Assembly: GCA_965227775.1 (NCBI GenBank) | Contig: OZ245777.1 | Location: 96,001 to 160,000 of the forward strand | Direction: 5' to 3' | DNA from: Phycisphaerales bacterium | Lineage (GTDB): Bacteria; Planctomycetota; Phycisphaerae; Phycisphaerales; UBA1924 | Length of the DNA stretch: 64,000 bases | Part shown: positions 18,485 through 26,663 of the stretch, piece after piece | Numbering within the stretch: the first letter of the stretch is position 1 | Layout of the letters: each line of letters begins with the position of its first letter | Program-made: the position numbers and the translations under genes | The notes under the pieces: model-generated | Seen by the model: only the letters and a program-made list of their open reading frames with translations | Databases searched by the model: none | Told to the model about the DNA's origin: nothing

Positions 18485-20011
18485 TCAGGGGCAGCCCGCG
18501 GTGAACACGATCTGGAATTCGAGGAAGTCGAACAGGTCGAGCCGGCCGTCGCCGTTGAAGTCGGCGCGGCAGGCGGGCGGGCGGATCGCGATGACGCCCG
18601 GGTCGCTAACGACGTCGCCCCCAGGGTTGGTCACGACGACGTCGTACTCGCCCACGTCGTCGTCGTCGACGAGGACGCTGAGCACCGGCGTCATCGAGCC
18701 GGAGATATCCACGCCATCGGTCAGCGGCACGCCGTCGCGCCGCCACTGGTACATCAGCGGCTCGTCGCCGTCGGCCTCGACGCGCACGTCGACCACGCGG
18801 TCGGCCACGGGCAGCAGCACCACCGGCGCCGGCTGGGTCGTGATCGTCGGGGGCAAGATGCACCGGTTGAGGTGCACCACGATCGAATCGTCCCGGTTGC
18901 TGATGGCGGCCAGGTCCGGCTTGCCATCGCCGTTCAGATCGCCCGCTGCGAGGGCGTTCATCCAGGTCCTCGATGGGACGGGGACTGGGGTGGCAAACGT
19001 GCCATCCCCGTTGTTGAGCAGCACGGTCAGGGTGCTCACGAAGGCACTGCCATTGGCAAAGGCCAGATCAAGATCGCCATCCCGGTCATAGTCGGCGATC
19101 GCCACGTTGCGGGGCTCCTCGCCCGTCGCGTAGTACTGCGTCGGCGCGAACGTGCCGTCGCCGTTGTTCAGCAGCACCGAGGCGCTGTTGGCGAACTCGT
19201 TCGCGACGACCATGTCGGGGGTACCGTCGCCGTCAAGGTCGGCGATGCCCACGTCATTGGCACCCGAGCCCGTGACATACGTCGCATCGAGCGCGAAGGT
19301 GCCATCGCCGTTGTTCAGCAGCACGTCGATGCTGCGCTCCGTGTTGTTGCCCACCGCGAGGTCGAGGTCGCCGTCACCATTGAGGTCGGCGATCGCCACC
19401 GCCTCGGGCCCCTCGCCAGTGTCGTAGGGCACCTGGGGCGCGAACGTGCCATCCCCGTTGTTCACGAACACGCTCACGACGTCCCTGGACGAGTCGGTGA
19501 CGGCCAGGTCGGGATGGCCGTCGCCAGTCAGGTCCCCGATGGCGAGGCTAAACGGTCGAAAGATCGCGGGGTAGCGGACTTGTGGCGCAAAGGTGCCATC
19601 GCCGTTGTTCAGCAGCACGCTGATGTCGTTGTCGAACGAGTTGGTGACCACCAGGTCCCGGGCGCCGTCGCCGTCGACGTCGCCGATCTGCACGTCGCGC
19701 ACAAATTCCCCCGCGGCGTACGTGATGGACGGCGCGAAGGTGCCATCACCGTTGTTCAGGAGCACGCCGACCCGATTCCCCGTGTCCTTCGTCGCGAGGT
19801 CCGGGTGGCCATCGCCGTTGAGGTCGCCGATTACGACGCGACTCGGAAATCCCCCCGTGACATAGCTCACCGGCGGCCCGAACAGGTCGCTCGGATCGCA
19901 GCCCTGGGCCAGGCCGGCCTGGGGCAGGGCTGCGGTGGCGCAGGCCGCCAGCACGGGCACGGCCCTCAGGCCAATGGCACAACTCGGGCTCGGGGCACGC
20001 TGCGGGATCAT
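18485..20011 (-). CDS. Secreted FG-GAP-like repeat protein with Ig-like domain and single-repeat dockerin-like tag
   Basis: Seven GDL.GDG..DLAV...SVLLNNGDGTFAP repeats; PTITTQP...YQWRRDG...GEYDVVVTN Ig domain; ends CRADFNGDGRLDLFDFLEFQIVFTAGCP. Confidence 0.9.
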   Translation of the reverse strand: MIPQRAPSPSCAIGLRAVPVLAACATAALPQAGLAQGCDPSDLFGPPVSYVTGGFPSRVVIGDLNGDGHPDLATKDTGNRVGVLLNNGDGTFAPSITYAAGEFVRDVQIGDVDGDGARDLVVTNSFDNDISVLLNNGDGTFAPQVRYPAIFRPFSLAIGDLTGDGHPDLAVTDSSRDVVSVFVNNGDGTFAPQVPYDTGEGPEAVAIADLNGDGDLDLAVGNNTERSIDVLLNNGDGTFALDATYVTGSGANDVGIADLDGDGTPDMVVANEFANSASVLLNNGDGTFAPTQYYATGEEPRNVAIADYDRDGDLDLAFANGSAFVSTLTVLLNNGDGTFATPVPVPSRTWMNALAAGDLNGDGKPDLAAISNRDDSIVVHLNRCILPPTITTQPAPVVLLPVADRVVDVRVEADGDEPLMYQWRRDGVPLTDGVDISGSMTPVLSVLVDDDDVGEYDVVVTNPGGDVVSDPGVIAIRPPACRADFNGDGRLDLFDFLEFQIVFTAGCP

Positions 20012-20093
20012 CGCTCTCTCCTCTGTCGCCTCGCTCGGGGGACCGGTGGGCGGGTGGGCCGGGGGGCTTCCCCGTGAGACGGTCCCGTACGAG

Positions 20094-20122
20094 AAAATAC
20101 TGCGGTGGTTCCGGGAGGTCAA
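20094..20122 (-). promoter_or_regulatory. sigma70-like promoter for 18485-20011
   Basis: TTGACC-N17-TATTTT on the minus strand. Confidence 0.55.
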
Positions 20123-20224
20123 TAACTTCGTAGGGGGACCTCCCCCATCCCGTTACCGGAGCCGATGCCTCGCGGACCCCGGGGCGGGCCGGGAGCGCGG
20201 CGGGCGGCGTGCGCGGCCCACGCG

Positions 20225-20497
20225 GCCATCGGGCCCGCCTGCGGGCCCGTCACGGCGGCCGGCGCGGCCATGGGGGCCGCCCTCGGGGCCATCGGCGGGC
20301 CCGCCGGTGCCACCACCGGCGACCGCGCGGCCCGCACGCGGCCGTTCCGAGCAATCACCAACACGCCCGACGCCTTCACGAAATCTTCGCGCGATGCCAC
20401 CGCGGGCGGCGAGGCAATCATCGGGCCCCTGCGTGCCGCCACCGCGGCCCTCGGGGCAGTCACGGGAGGCTCCCGTGCCGTCACCGGAGAGCGCGCG
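20225..20497. repeat. Degenerate tandem array of 13 x 21-bp units
   Basis: Units begin GCCATC, CCCGTC, GCCATG, GCCATC, GCCACC, GCCCGC, GCAATC, GCCTTC, GATGCC, GCAATC, GCCGCC, GCAGTC, GCCGTC at exact 21-nt spacing; approximate consensus GCMRTCACS-N12. Confidence 0.75.
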
Positions 20498-20607
20498 CGC
20501 TCGGTTCTTCGGACCTTGGGGGGGGGAACGCGAAATGCGCAGGGCGTGCGCGGAAGTGCGTTGGCATTCGAGACTTCTAACGGCAGATCAAGTACCCGGC
20601 CGGGAGA

Positions 20608-21798
20608 CTAACTCGGATTACCCGCCAGCCGATCGGAGTACCCTGGGACATAGCCGCCTCTCCACGTTCCGTCACCGTTGTAATTCAACGACTGTGGTCG
20701 TCCGCAGGCATTCCAGACACCGTCGAACACTGGCTTCATGACCGTAAACAGGTCGGCAGGCCATCGGTCGACCAGCACATCCGGTAGGACAAGGTGATCT
20801 CGGTCAATCGGGGGGTTGAAGAGTTTGTTGCGTGGTCCGTAATCCATCTGGGCTCCATGGACGTGGGCCAAAGTGAGCATGATTGCAATCGGACCAGAAA
20901 CGCCCAGTTCTTCTAGTGCCGTCAACTGCGAGTCAAGCGTCGTCAAGACTGTGTGTTCGTAGGTACTCGTGAGCGTCTGCCGAACCAGAAAGCTCTCCGT
21001 CTCAAAGACGGACTCCACTCGACCAGAGCGGTACACCTGGGTGTAGGCTTTGGTATCGGTGTCGTACTGCAAAAACCCGTCTATGTTGATGCGCTGAACC
21101 AGATCGCGCATGTTTGGTAGGAGCAATCTACTTGCTATTCGGTGATTGCTGAGGTCGGTGGCTGAGAACCGGAGCGGATCGTCAAACGATGCCAACGGAA
21201 CGAGGTGGAGCGCCATGAACGGCCCATGTGCGATCTCAACCGGTGTGTGACGGCGGAGGAGACTGTCAACCCTCTGTTGCCGCCATTGCCTGATTCGCTC
21301 GGGCACTTCGTCGCTTGCCATGATGGCCTGCCGCATCTCGCTCGCGTCCATCGGGAACCTCCCCTTGCTATGCCGGCCGTACATGCGGTAGTTCATGTCA
21401 TTCTTCGAAAAGTGCGGGCCGCGCCAGCTCCGTGCGATGCGCACGACCAGCACCCTCTTGCCGTCGGGCATGGTGACGAGCTTGTGGGGTGGCGGGGGAA
21501 GCTTGGGCTCGATGTTGTATTGCAGCGCGTCGAGGATGCGTCGGAGTGCGTCGTCCTCGCCGACGTCTTCGATGCCATGCAGCAACAAGCCCTCGTCCGA
21601 TTCAGCGATGCCGAACACGACATCGCCACCTGCGGTGTTGGCAAGGCTGGTCGCGGTCTTTCGGAGCTTGTCCTTGTCCGAGGGCGCCTCGCCAGGGAGC
21701 TGTTGCTTGTATTCCAGCGTCTTCCGCTCGGCCTCGTTGGCATCGATCAGCGCCTGGATGTCGCTCGCCTCGATCGCGTCCAGTGGCTTTGGGATCAT
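20608..21798 (-). CDS. Schlafen/AlbA_2-domain protein
   Basis: N-terminal E.ERKTLEYK, SLANTAGGDVVFGI, IEPKLP, VLVVRIARS..GPH, Y.R; uncharacterised C-terminal domain; visibly more AT-rich codons than flanks. Confidence 0.85.
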   Translation of the reverse strand: MIPKPLDAIEASDIQALIDANEAERKTLEYKQQLPGEAPSDKDKLRKTATSLANTAGGDVVFGIAESDEGLLLHGIEDVGEDDALRRILDALQYNIEPKLPPPPHKLVTMPDGKRVLVVRIARSWRGPHFSKNDMNYRMYGRHSKGRFPMDASEMRQAIMASDEVPERIRQWRQQRVDSLLRRHTPVEIAHGPFMALHLVPLASFDDPLRFSATDLSNHRIASRLLLPNMRDLVQRINIDGFLQYDTDTKAYTQVYRSGRVESVFETESFLVRQTLTSTYEHTVLTTLDSQLTALEELGVSGPIAIMLTLAHVHGAQMDYGPRNKLFNPPIDRDHLVLPDVLVDRWPADLFTVMKPVFDGVWNACGRPQSLNYNGDGTWRGGYVPGYSDRLAGNPS

Positions 21799-21974
21799 AA
21801 GTTCACATCTCGCAAGGCGTGTATTGCCAGCAACTTAGATTGCGCCACGTCGACGCGTCACGCATCGTATCCAAGAAATTTCTGTTGTCCGCGCGATTCG
21901 CACTGGAGCCGCCCCCTCGACCGCTCGATGACACCGGTAGCCGGGGCACGGCGCTCCGGCGATTCATGGATGGA

Positions 21975-22005
21975 CCCGCGGCCGATGCGAACCCACGGCC
22001 GCGGG
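21975..22005. other. Perfect 10-bp inverted repeat in the leader of the FnIII-like gene
   Basis: CCCGCGGCCG-N11-CGGCCGCGGG. Confidence 0.6.
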
Positions 22006-22026
22006 CGGCAACGCAAGGAACGCACG

Positions 22027-22701
22027 ATGCCCGTCACACCGAATCAACTGTTGCAACGCCTCGAGTTCTACGAGCAGCGCGCCCCCGGGTGGGTCACCAA
22101 CGCGACCACCATCGGCCTGACGACCGAGCAGGCAACGCAGCTGCAGAACCTCGTCACCGGCACGCGCACCGCGTACGACGATGCGCAGGCCGCGCGCAAC
22201 GCCGCCAAGAGCGCGACCGTCACCCAGGACGCCGCCTTCGACGCCATGGACACGTTCGGTGCCCAGATGATCAAGATCATCCGGGCCTTCGGCCTGGCGA
22301 CCGGCGATCCGGCCGTCTTCGCGACCGCGCAGATCCCCGAGCCCAAGCAGCCCGAGCCGCGGGCGCCCGTCAACCCCAGCAACGTGACGTTCGACCTGGT
22401 CGAGAACGGGGCCCTCGAAGTGCGCTGGGACGGCCTGACCATCCCCGGCACGACCTACCTCGTCGATCGCCAGACGTGGAGCGGCACCGGCCAGCCGACG
22501 GGCTTCGCCCGCATCGCCACCGTGAGCGAGCGACGCTTCGTCGACACCAACATCCCGACCGGGACCGCGACGGCGACGTACCGCGTCAGCGCCCTCAAGG
22601 GCGGCCAGCAGACCGCCGGCGCGCAGAGCACCGCCCACTTCGTGTTCGTGGGCAACGGGCAGGGCCAGCTCGTGACCGCGCCCGAGAGCGACGCGGCGTG
22701 A
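22027..22701 (+). CDS. Hypothetical protein: N-terminal helical region + C-terminal fibronectin type III-like domain
   Basis: AAGGA RBS, strong GC3 bias; P.NV...LEVRWD...YLVDRQ...FVDTN...TYRVSA beta-sandwich pattern; no signal peptide. Confidence 0.8.
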   Translation: MPVTPNQLLQRLEFYEQRAPGWVTNATTIGLTTEQATQLQNLVTGTRTAYDDAQAARNAAKSATVTQDAAFDAMDTFGAQMIKIIRAFGLATGDPAVFATAQIPEPKQPEPRAPVNPSNVTFDLVENGALEVRWDGLTIPGTTYLVDRQTWSGTGQPTGFARIATVSERRFVDTNIPTGTATATYRVSALKGGQQTAGAQSTAHFVFVGNGQGQLVTAPESDAA

Positions 22702-22753
22702 GCTGAAGCTGGAGTTGGGAGTGATCGGAGTCGGCGGTGCGCCGACGTTCGAC

Positions 22754-22795
22754 GCCCCGGCGGAGCGCCCCGAAGACGGGACGCTGCGCCGGGGC
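22754..22795. terminator. Long GC hairpin between convergent genes
   Basis: 19-bp stem with 2 mismatches (GCCCCGGCGGAGCGCCCCG-AAGA-CGGGACGCTGCGCCGGGGC); no clear U-tract. Confidence 0.5.
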
Positions 22796-23003
22796 TCGCT
22801 CAATAGAGATGTTCTTTGGCGCTCGCGGACTCGCTTCTCGGGCTGCGCCCGGGCGGCCGGGGGCCGCCTCGCCTGCGCATGCGCTTTCGCTCGAAGACTC
22901 GCTCGGCGGATGCTGCGGCGCGAAGCACGGTGCGTGTGGACAAGCACGGCGCGCCCCGCGTCGGGCGAAGCCCGCGCTTGGCCCCGCCGGCGAGGCGTCA
23001 AGA

Positions 23004-24953
23004 CTACATGCAGCCGGCGGCGAAGCCGTTCTGGAAGCAGAGAAAGTCGAAGATGTCCAGGATGCCGTCGCGGTTGCAGTCGGCGCTGGTCTCGCCGGCG
23101 TCGAAGGCGCTCTGGAAGGCGAGGAAGTCGAACAGCGTGAGCTCGCCGTCGAGGTCGAAGTCGGCGTAGCAGCTCTGGATGATGCGGTCCATGCTGCCCT
23201 CGGGGTAGTCCATCATGCTGATGGTGCCCATGAGGGTGTCCTCGATCATGCTGGCGAGGCTCTGCTGGTAGCTGACGCCCAGCGTGGTGAAGGGCAGGCC
23301 CCGGAAGGGGTACTGGTCGCCGCCGCGGGCGAGGAAGTCGACGATGGCGATGTCGACGTCTTGCGCGCCGGGGACGACCATGCCGTCCTCGACGATGGAG
23401 GTGCCGTCGCTGAGGGTGACGTTGCGGACGCGCTCGCCGGGCGTAGTGACCATGAGGTCGCCGTCGAGTACCTGCGCCTGCTGGCGCCAGTCGAACTCGA
23501 GCGTGAAGCCGGCGATCTGCGCGAAGCGGCCGTTGGACTCGCCCTGGCGGCTGACGGCGTTCTCGAGGATCTCTTTGAACTGGTCGGCGGGCACGTCGGG
23601 CACGATGGTGATGAAGTTGCTGAAGGGCAGGATGTCGAAGGTGTCCAACTCGGTGATCTCGCCCGACGCGATGATGCTGTCGTTGCGGATGCCGCCGCCG
23701 TTGGCGAGCGCCACGTCTGGCGCGTCGACGCCAAAGGTGGCGGCCAGGTTGATGCCGGTTGTCAGGAACGAGTCGGCGATGAGGTTGCCCAGGTTGGTCT
23801 CGATGTTGCGCACGCTCGAGCGGCGGCCGTCGAGGTCGACCTCGCTGAAGCCGATGACGTTGGCGGCGAGCGCGGCAACGCCCGCGGCCACGGGGTCGAC
23901 GACCTCGGCCTGGATGACCGGGTCGGCGGCGACGGCGTCGGGGCTGATGCCCGAGACGCGGACGGGGCCGGACGCATCGAGGATCTCGGTCAGGTTGCCG
24001 TCGGCGTCGAAGCCGAGGATGAGGCGTCCGACGTAGCGGTAGTCGCCGCTGGTGGTGACGATCGGGACGTCGTTGCCGTCGGCGTCGGTGCCGAAGATGG
24101 GGTAGCCGCTCTGGCCGGCGACCTCGTCGGGCGTGTCGCCCGGGACGAGCAGGTCGCTTGGGTTGGCCAGCAACTCGCCGCCGCCGCCGCCGACGATGGC
24201 GTCGACGCCGCGCAGGGTCTGGATGAGGCCGAGCTCTTCGGTGAGGCCCTGCAGGTGGCTCGACAGGATGATGATGTCCACGCCGCCCAAGGTGAGTGCG
24301 TCGACCTCGGCCTGGATGATGTTGGTCAGGTCATCGCTGACGGTGACGCCGCGGGGGCTGGAGATGAACGGCAGGGCGGGCGTGGTGGCGCCGATGACGC
24401 CCACGCGGCGGACGCCGGCGTCGGTCATGACATCGACGACGGTGCTGGAGGCGATGCGGCCGCTGTCAACGAGGGCCTGCAGGCCGGGCTCGGCGGTAAA
24501 GTCGAGATTGGCTGAGAGGAAGGGGGCCGGGTTCGTGCTGAAGCCGGCGATGAAGTCTTCGAGGATGTCGGGGCCGAAGTCGAACTCGTGGTTGCCGATG
24601 ATGAACGCGTCGTAGCCGATCAGGTCGAGCGCGACGGTGTCGAAGAAGGGCACGCCGCGGTCGAGGCTGACGGAGAACTCAGGGCCGGGCAGGAAGTTGT
24701 CGCCGCTGGTGAGCAGCAGGCTGCCGCTGGCGGCGTCGCCGGGGGGCGACATCATCGCCTCGGCGCGGAGGTCGGCCACGACGGTGGCGAAGCGGGCGAC
24801 GCCGCCGAAGTCTTCGAGGCCGCTGCCGGCATCGATGAGCTGGCTCTCACCGTCGTTGTGGTGGAGCAGGTGGAGGAAGAAGTCGGTCTGGGCGTTGGCA
24901 GTACCGGCCGCCACGGCCAGGAGCATCGACGCGGAGGCGAATCGCTTGGTCAT
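23004..24953 (-). CDS. Secreted 5'-nucleotidase/metallophosphoesterase with dockerin-like tag
   Basis: HHNDGES, SGDNF, GNHEFD, ETNLGNLIAD, NGGGIR, LPFSN, GGDQYPF; ends FQNGFAAGCM. Confidence 0.92.
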   Translation of the reverse strand: MTKRFASASMLLAVAAGTANAQTDFFLHLLHHNDGESQLIDAGSGLEDFGGVARFATVVADLRAEAMMSPPGDAASGSLLLTSGDNFLPGPEFSVSLDRGVPFFDTVALDLIGYDAFIIGNHEFDFGPDILEDFIAGFSTNPAPFLSANLDFTAEPGLQALVDSGRIASSTVVDVMTDAGVRRVGVIGATTPALPFISSPRGVTVSDDLTNIIQAEVDALTLGGVDIIILSSHLQGLTEELGLIQTLRGVDAIVGGGGGELLANPSDLLVPGDTPDEVAGQSGYPIFGTDADGNDVPIVTTSGDYRYVGRLILGFDADGNLTEILDASGPVRVSGISPDAVAADPVIQAEVVDPVAAGVAALAANVIGFSEVDLDGRRSSVRNIETNLGNLIADSFLTTGINLAATFGVDAPDVALANGGGIRNDSIIASGEITELDTFDILPFSNFITIVPDVPADQFKEILENAVSRQGESNGRFAQIAGFTLEFDWRQQAQVLDGDLMVTTPGERVRNVTLSDGTSIVEDGMVVPGAQDVDIAIVDFLARGGDQYPFRGLPFTTLGVSYQQSLASMIEDTLMGTISMMDYPEGSMDRIIQSCYADFDLDGELTLFDFLAFQSAFDAGETSADCNRDGILDIFDFLCFQNGFAAGCM

Positions 24954-25101
24954 CTGGTTCCGTCCCTTTGATCACGTGGTGCGACGGGCCGAACGGCCCA
25001 TGTGAACGTCAGCGACCAAAGGTAAGAATCGAGTTGGAACCTGGTGTTTCGGCCGCGCAAGCGATGCGCGAAGATGGTGTGTGGAGTGTTCGACCGGGTG
25101 G

Positions 25102-26184
25102 TCAGGGTCCGCCAAAGAGCCAGCCGATCAGCGTGGCGACACCAACGACAAAGATGGCGGCCGCAACGATGAAGATCAGGAAGCATCCTGTTCCATACAA
25201 CGCGTTCTTCCACCACGGATCGGGTGTGAACTCGTTGCGCTCGACGCGGGCGAGGATCGCGCTGGCGAAGGTAGCCGCCGCGTCCGGGGCCATGTCGAGG
25301 AACAGCTCGGGCTCGATGAGTTCGAGCTCGCCCAGCAGGGGCTGGCCGTCGTCGCCCGGAACGAGATCGACGCGGGCGTAGAGCGGTTTCTCGCCGTAGC
25401 GCTCCTCCCAGGCGGTGAGGGCGCGTTTGGCTACGTCTTGCTGCGCTGCGGTTGGCTCGACGAGCGTGTAGGCGCCGCCGAAGTCGACCTGGGAGCGGAA
25501 GTCGCCCGCGGCGGGCACCTTGGTTACGGCGTGCGAAAGGGCGTTGTTGAAGTAGACGAGGGAGGTTTCGCCTTCGCTTACCACGCGGGGCAGGAAGGGC
25601 TGGACAAGGGCGCCGCCGGCCTTAGTAAGGTCTCGGAGGTAGTCGAGGGCCGCAGCGTCTGGCTGCTCGAACTTCTCGAGGCCAGCGGCAGCGGCGGCGA
25701 CGGTTGGCTTGATGATGAGGGGCGACCAGTCGTTGGCTTTCGCTTGGTCTATGGCGGCGGCTGCCGTTTCCCCACCACTATCTTTCTCGACGATGATCGT
25801 TGGGACGATGGGGACGCCTGCGGACTCGAGCTTGGTGAGGTAGGCCTTGTTGAGGTTGTTCAGGACGGTCTTGCGCGAGTTCAGCAGGCCGTCACTCATC
25901 TTATCGATGAACACGACGAAGTCGTCGAGCCGATCCCAGTAGTCCCATGTTGTGCGAAGCACGTACAGGCTCGCACCGACCGATTGCACCACCGCTTTGT
26001 CGTTCCCTTCCTTGATTGGTACGAGCACGTCGTCCCACGCGACGAGCGATACCACCGCGCCTTGGCGCACCAGTTCCTGCATGAGCCTCCCTTCGGAGGC
26101 GCTGTCGATGTGGTCGTGGTGTTGGCAGGTCAGCAGCGCGATGGTCCCTGGATGGCGCGGCCGGTCGTTGATCGTGTCGCTCAT
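25102..26184 (-). CDS. ATP-grasp fold protein (RimK/glutathione-synthetase-like) with C-terminal TM helix
   Basis: R.TWDY, N..K.YL..L, IIKPTV, VQPFL, GETSL, GDFRSQ..FGG, YARVD, ELELIEP.LF. Confidence 0.8.
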   Translation of the reverse strand: MSDTINDRPRHPGTIALLTCQHHDHIDSASEGRLMQELVRQGAVVSLVAWDDVLVPIKEGNDKAVVQSVGASLYVLRTTWDYWDRLDDFVVFIDKMSDGLLNSRKTVLNNLNKAYLTKLESAGVPIVPTIIVEKDSGGETAAAAIDQAKANDWSPLIIKPTVAAAAAGLEKFEQPDAAALDYLRDLTKAGGALVQPFLPRVVSEGETSLVYFNNALSHAVTKVPAAGDFRSQVDFGGAYTLVEPTAAQQDVAKRALTAWEERYGEKPLYARVDLVPGDDGQPLLGELELIEPELFLDMAPDAAATFASAILARVERNEFTPDPWWKNALYGTGCFLIFIVAAAIFVVGVATLIGWLFGGP

Positions 26185-26639
26185 TGTTCGACGTGGGTGA
26201 AGCGGAGGAGGGAGCTGTTGCCGATTCGCAGTTCGAGCCAATCTGGTCCAGTAGCGATCGTGTCGGCCATTTTCATGAGCCCGACGAACTGCTGCTCGAG
26301 TTGCATCGCTTCGGGCGTGCCACCCATCCGGGTCATCGCGACACTGCCGAGCGACCACTCGCCGCTGCTGAGCGCGCCGGCATCCGTGCTGCCGCTGTAG
26401 CGGTTGACTCCCGCTTGGCCCGAAAGCCCGCCTTGCTCGGTGATCGTGAGCGTGGGCGTGCGTGCGCCGGTGGGCAGGTCGTAGCGCTCGTCTTCGATCT
26501 TGGTGAGGCTCCACGTGCCGACGGGGGAGGTGGTGGCGCCGGGGACAGATTCGGACTCGATGGTGCTAGCGCAGCCGAGTAGGGCGAGTACGGCTGCTGC
26601 GAGAGCAATCGTGAGCAGGAGCGTCCTGAAGCGTGGCAA
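26181..26639 (-). CDS. META/HslJ domain lipoprotein
   Basis: Lipobox LLGC; W.L..I, SGQAGVNRYSG, MTRMG, MQLEQQF. Confidence 0.8.
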   Translation of the reverse strand: MPRFRTLLLTIALAAAVLALLGCASTIESESVPGATTSPVGTWSLTKIEDERYDLPTGARTPTLTITEQGGLSGQAGVNRYSGSTDAGALSSGEWSLGSVAMTRMGGTPEAMQLEQQFVGLMKMADTIATGPDWLELRIGNSSLLRFTHVEQ

Positions 26640-26663
26640 GCTTGTGTTCCTTTCGCAGCGTGG

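Noticed and set aside
18880..19860. Recurring DNA repeats GTGCCATCGCCGTTGTTCAGCAGCAC
   Set aside because: Coding repeats of the FG-GAP-like blades (VLLNNGDGT), not an independent element
20225..20497. 21-bp array as a CRISPR array
   Set aside because: No identical 23-47 bp repeats, period far too short, no cas genes
21205..22026. N-terminal 274 aa of the 498-aa ORF 21205-22701
   Set aside because: Overlaps the AlbA_2 gene antisense and the intergenic region; RBS and codon bias support the start at 22027
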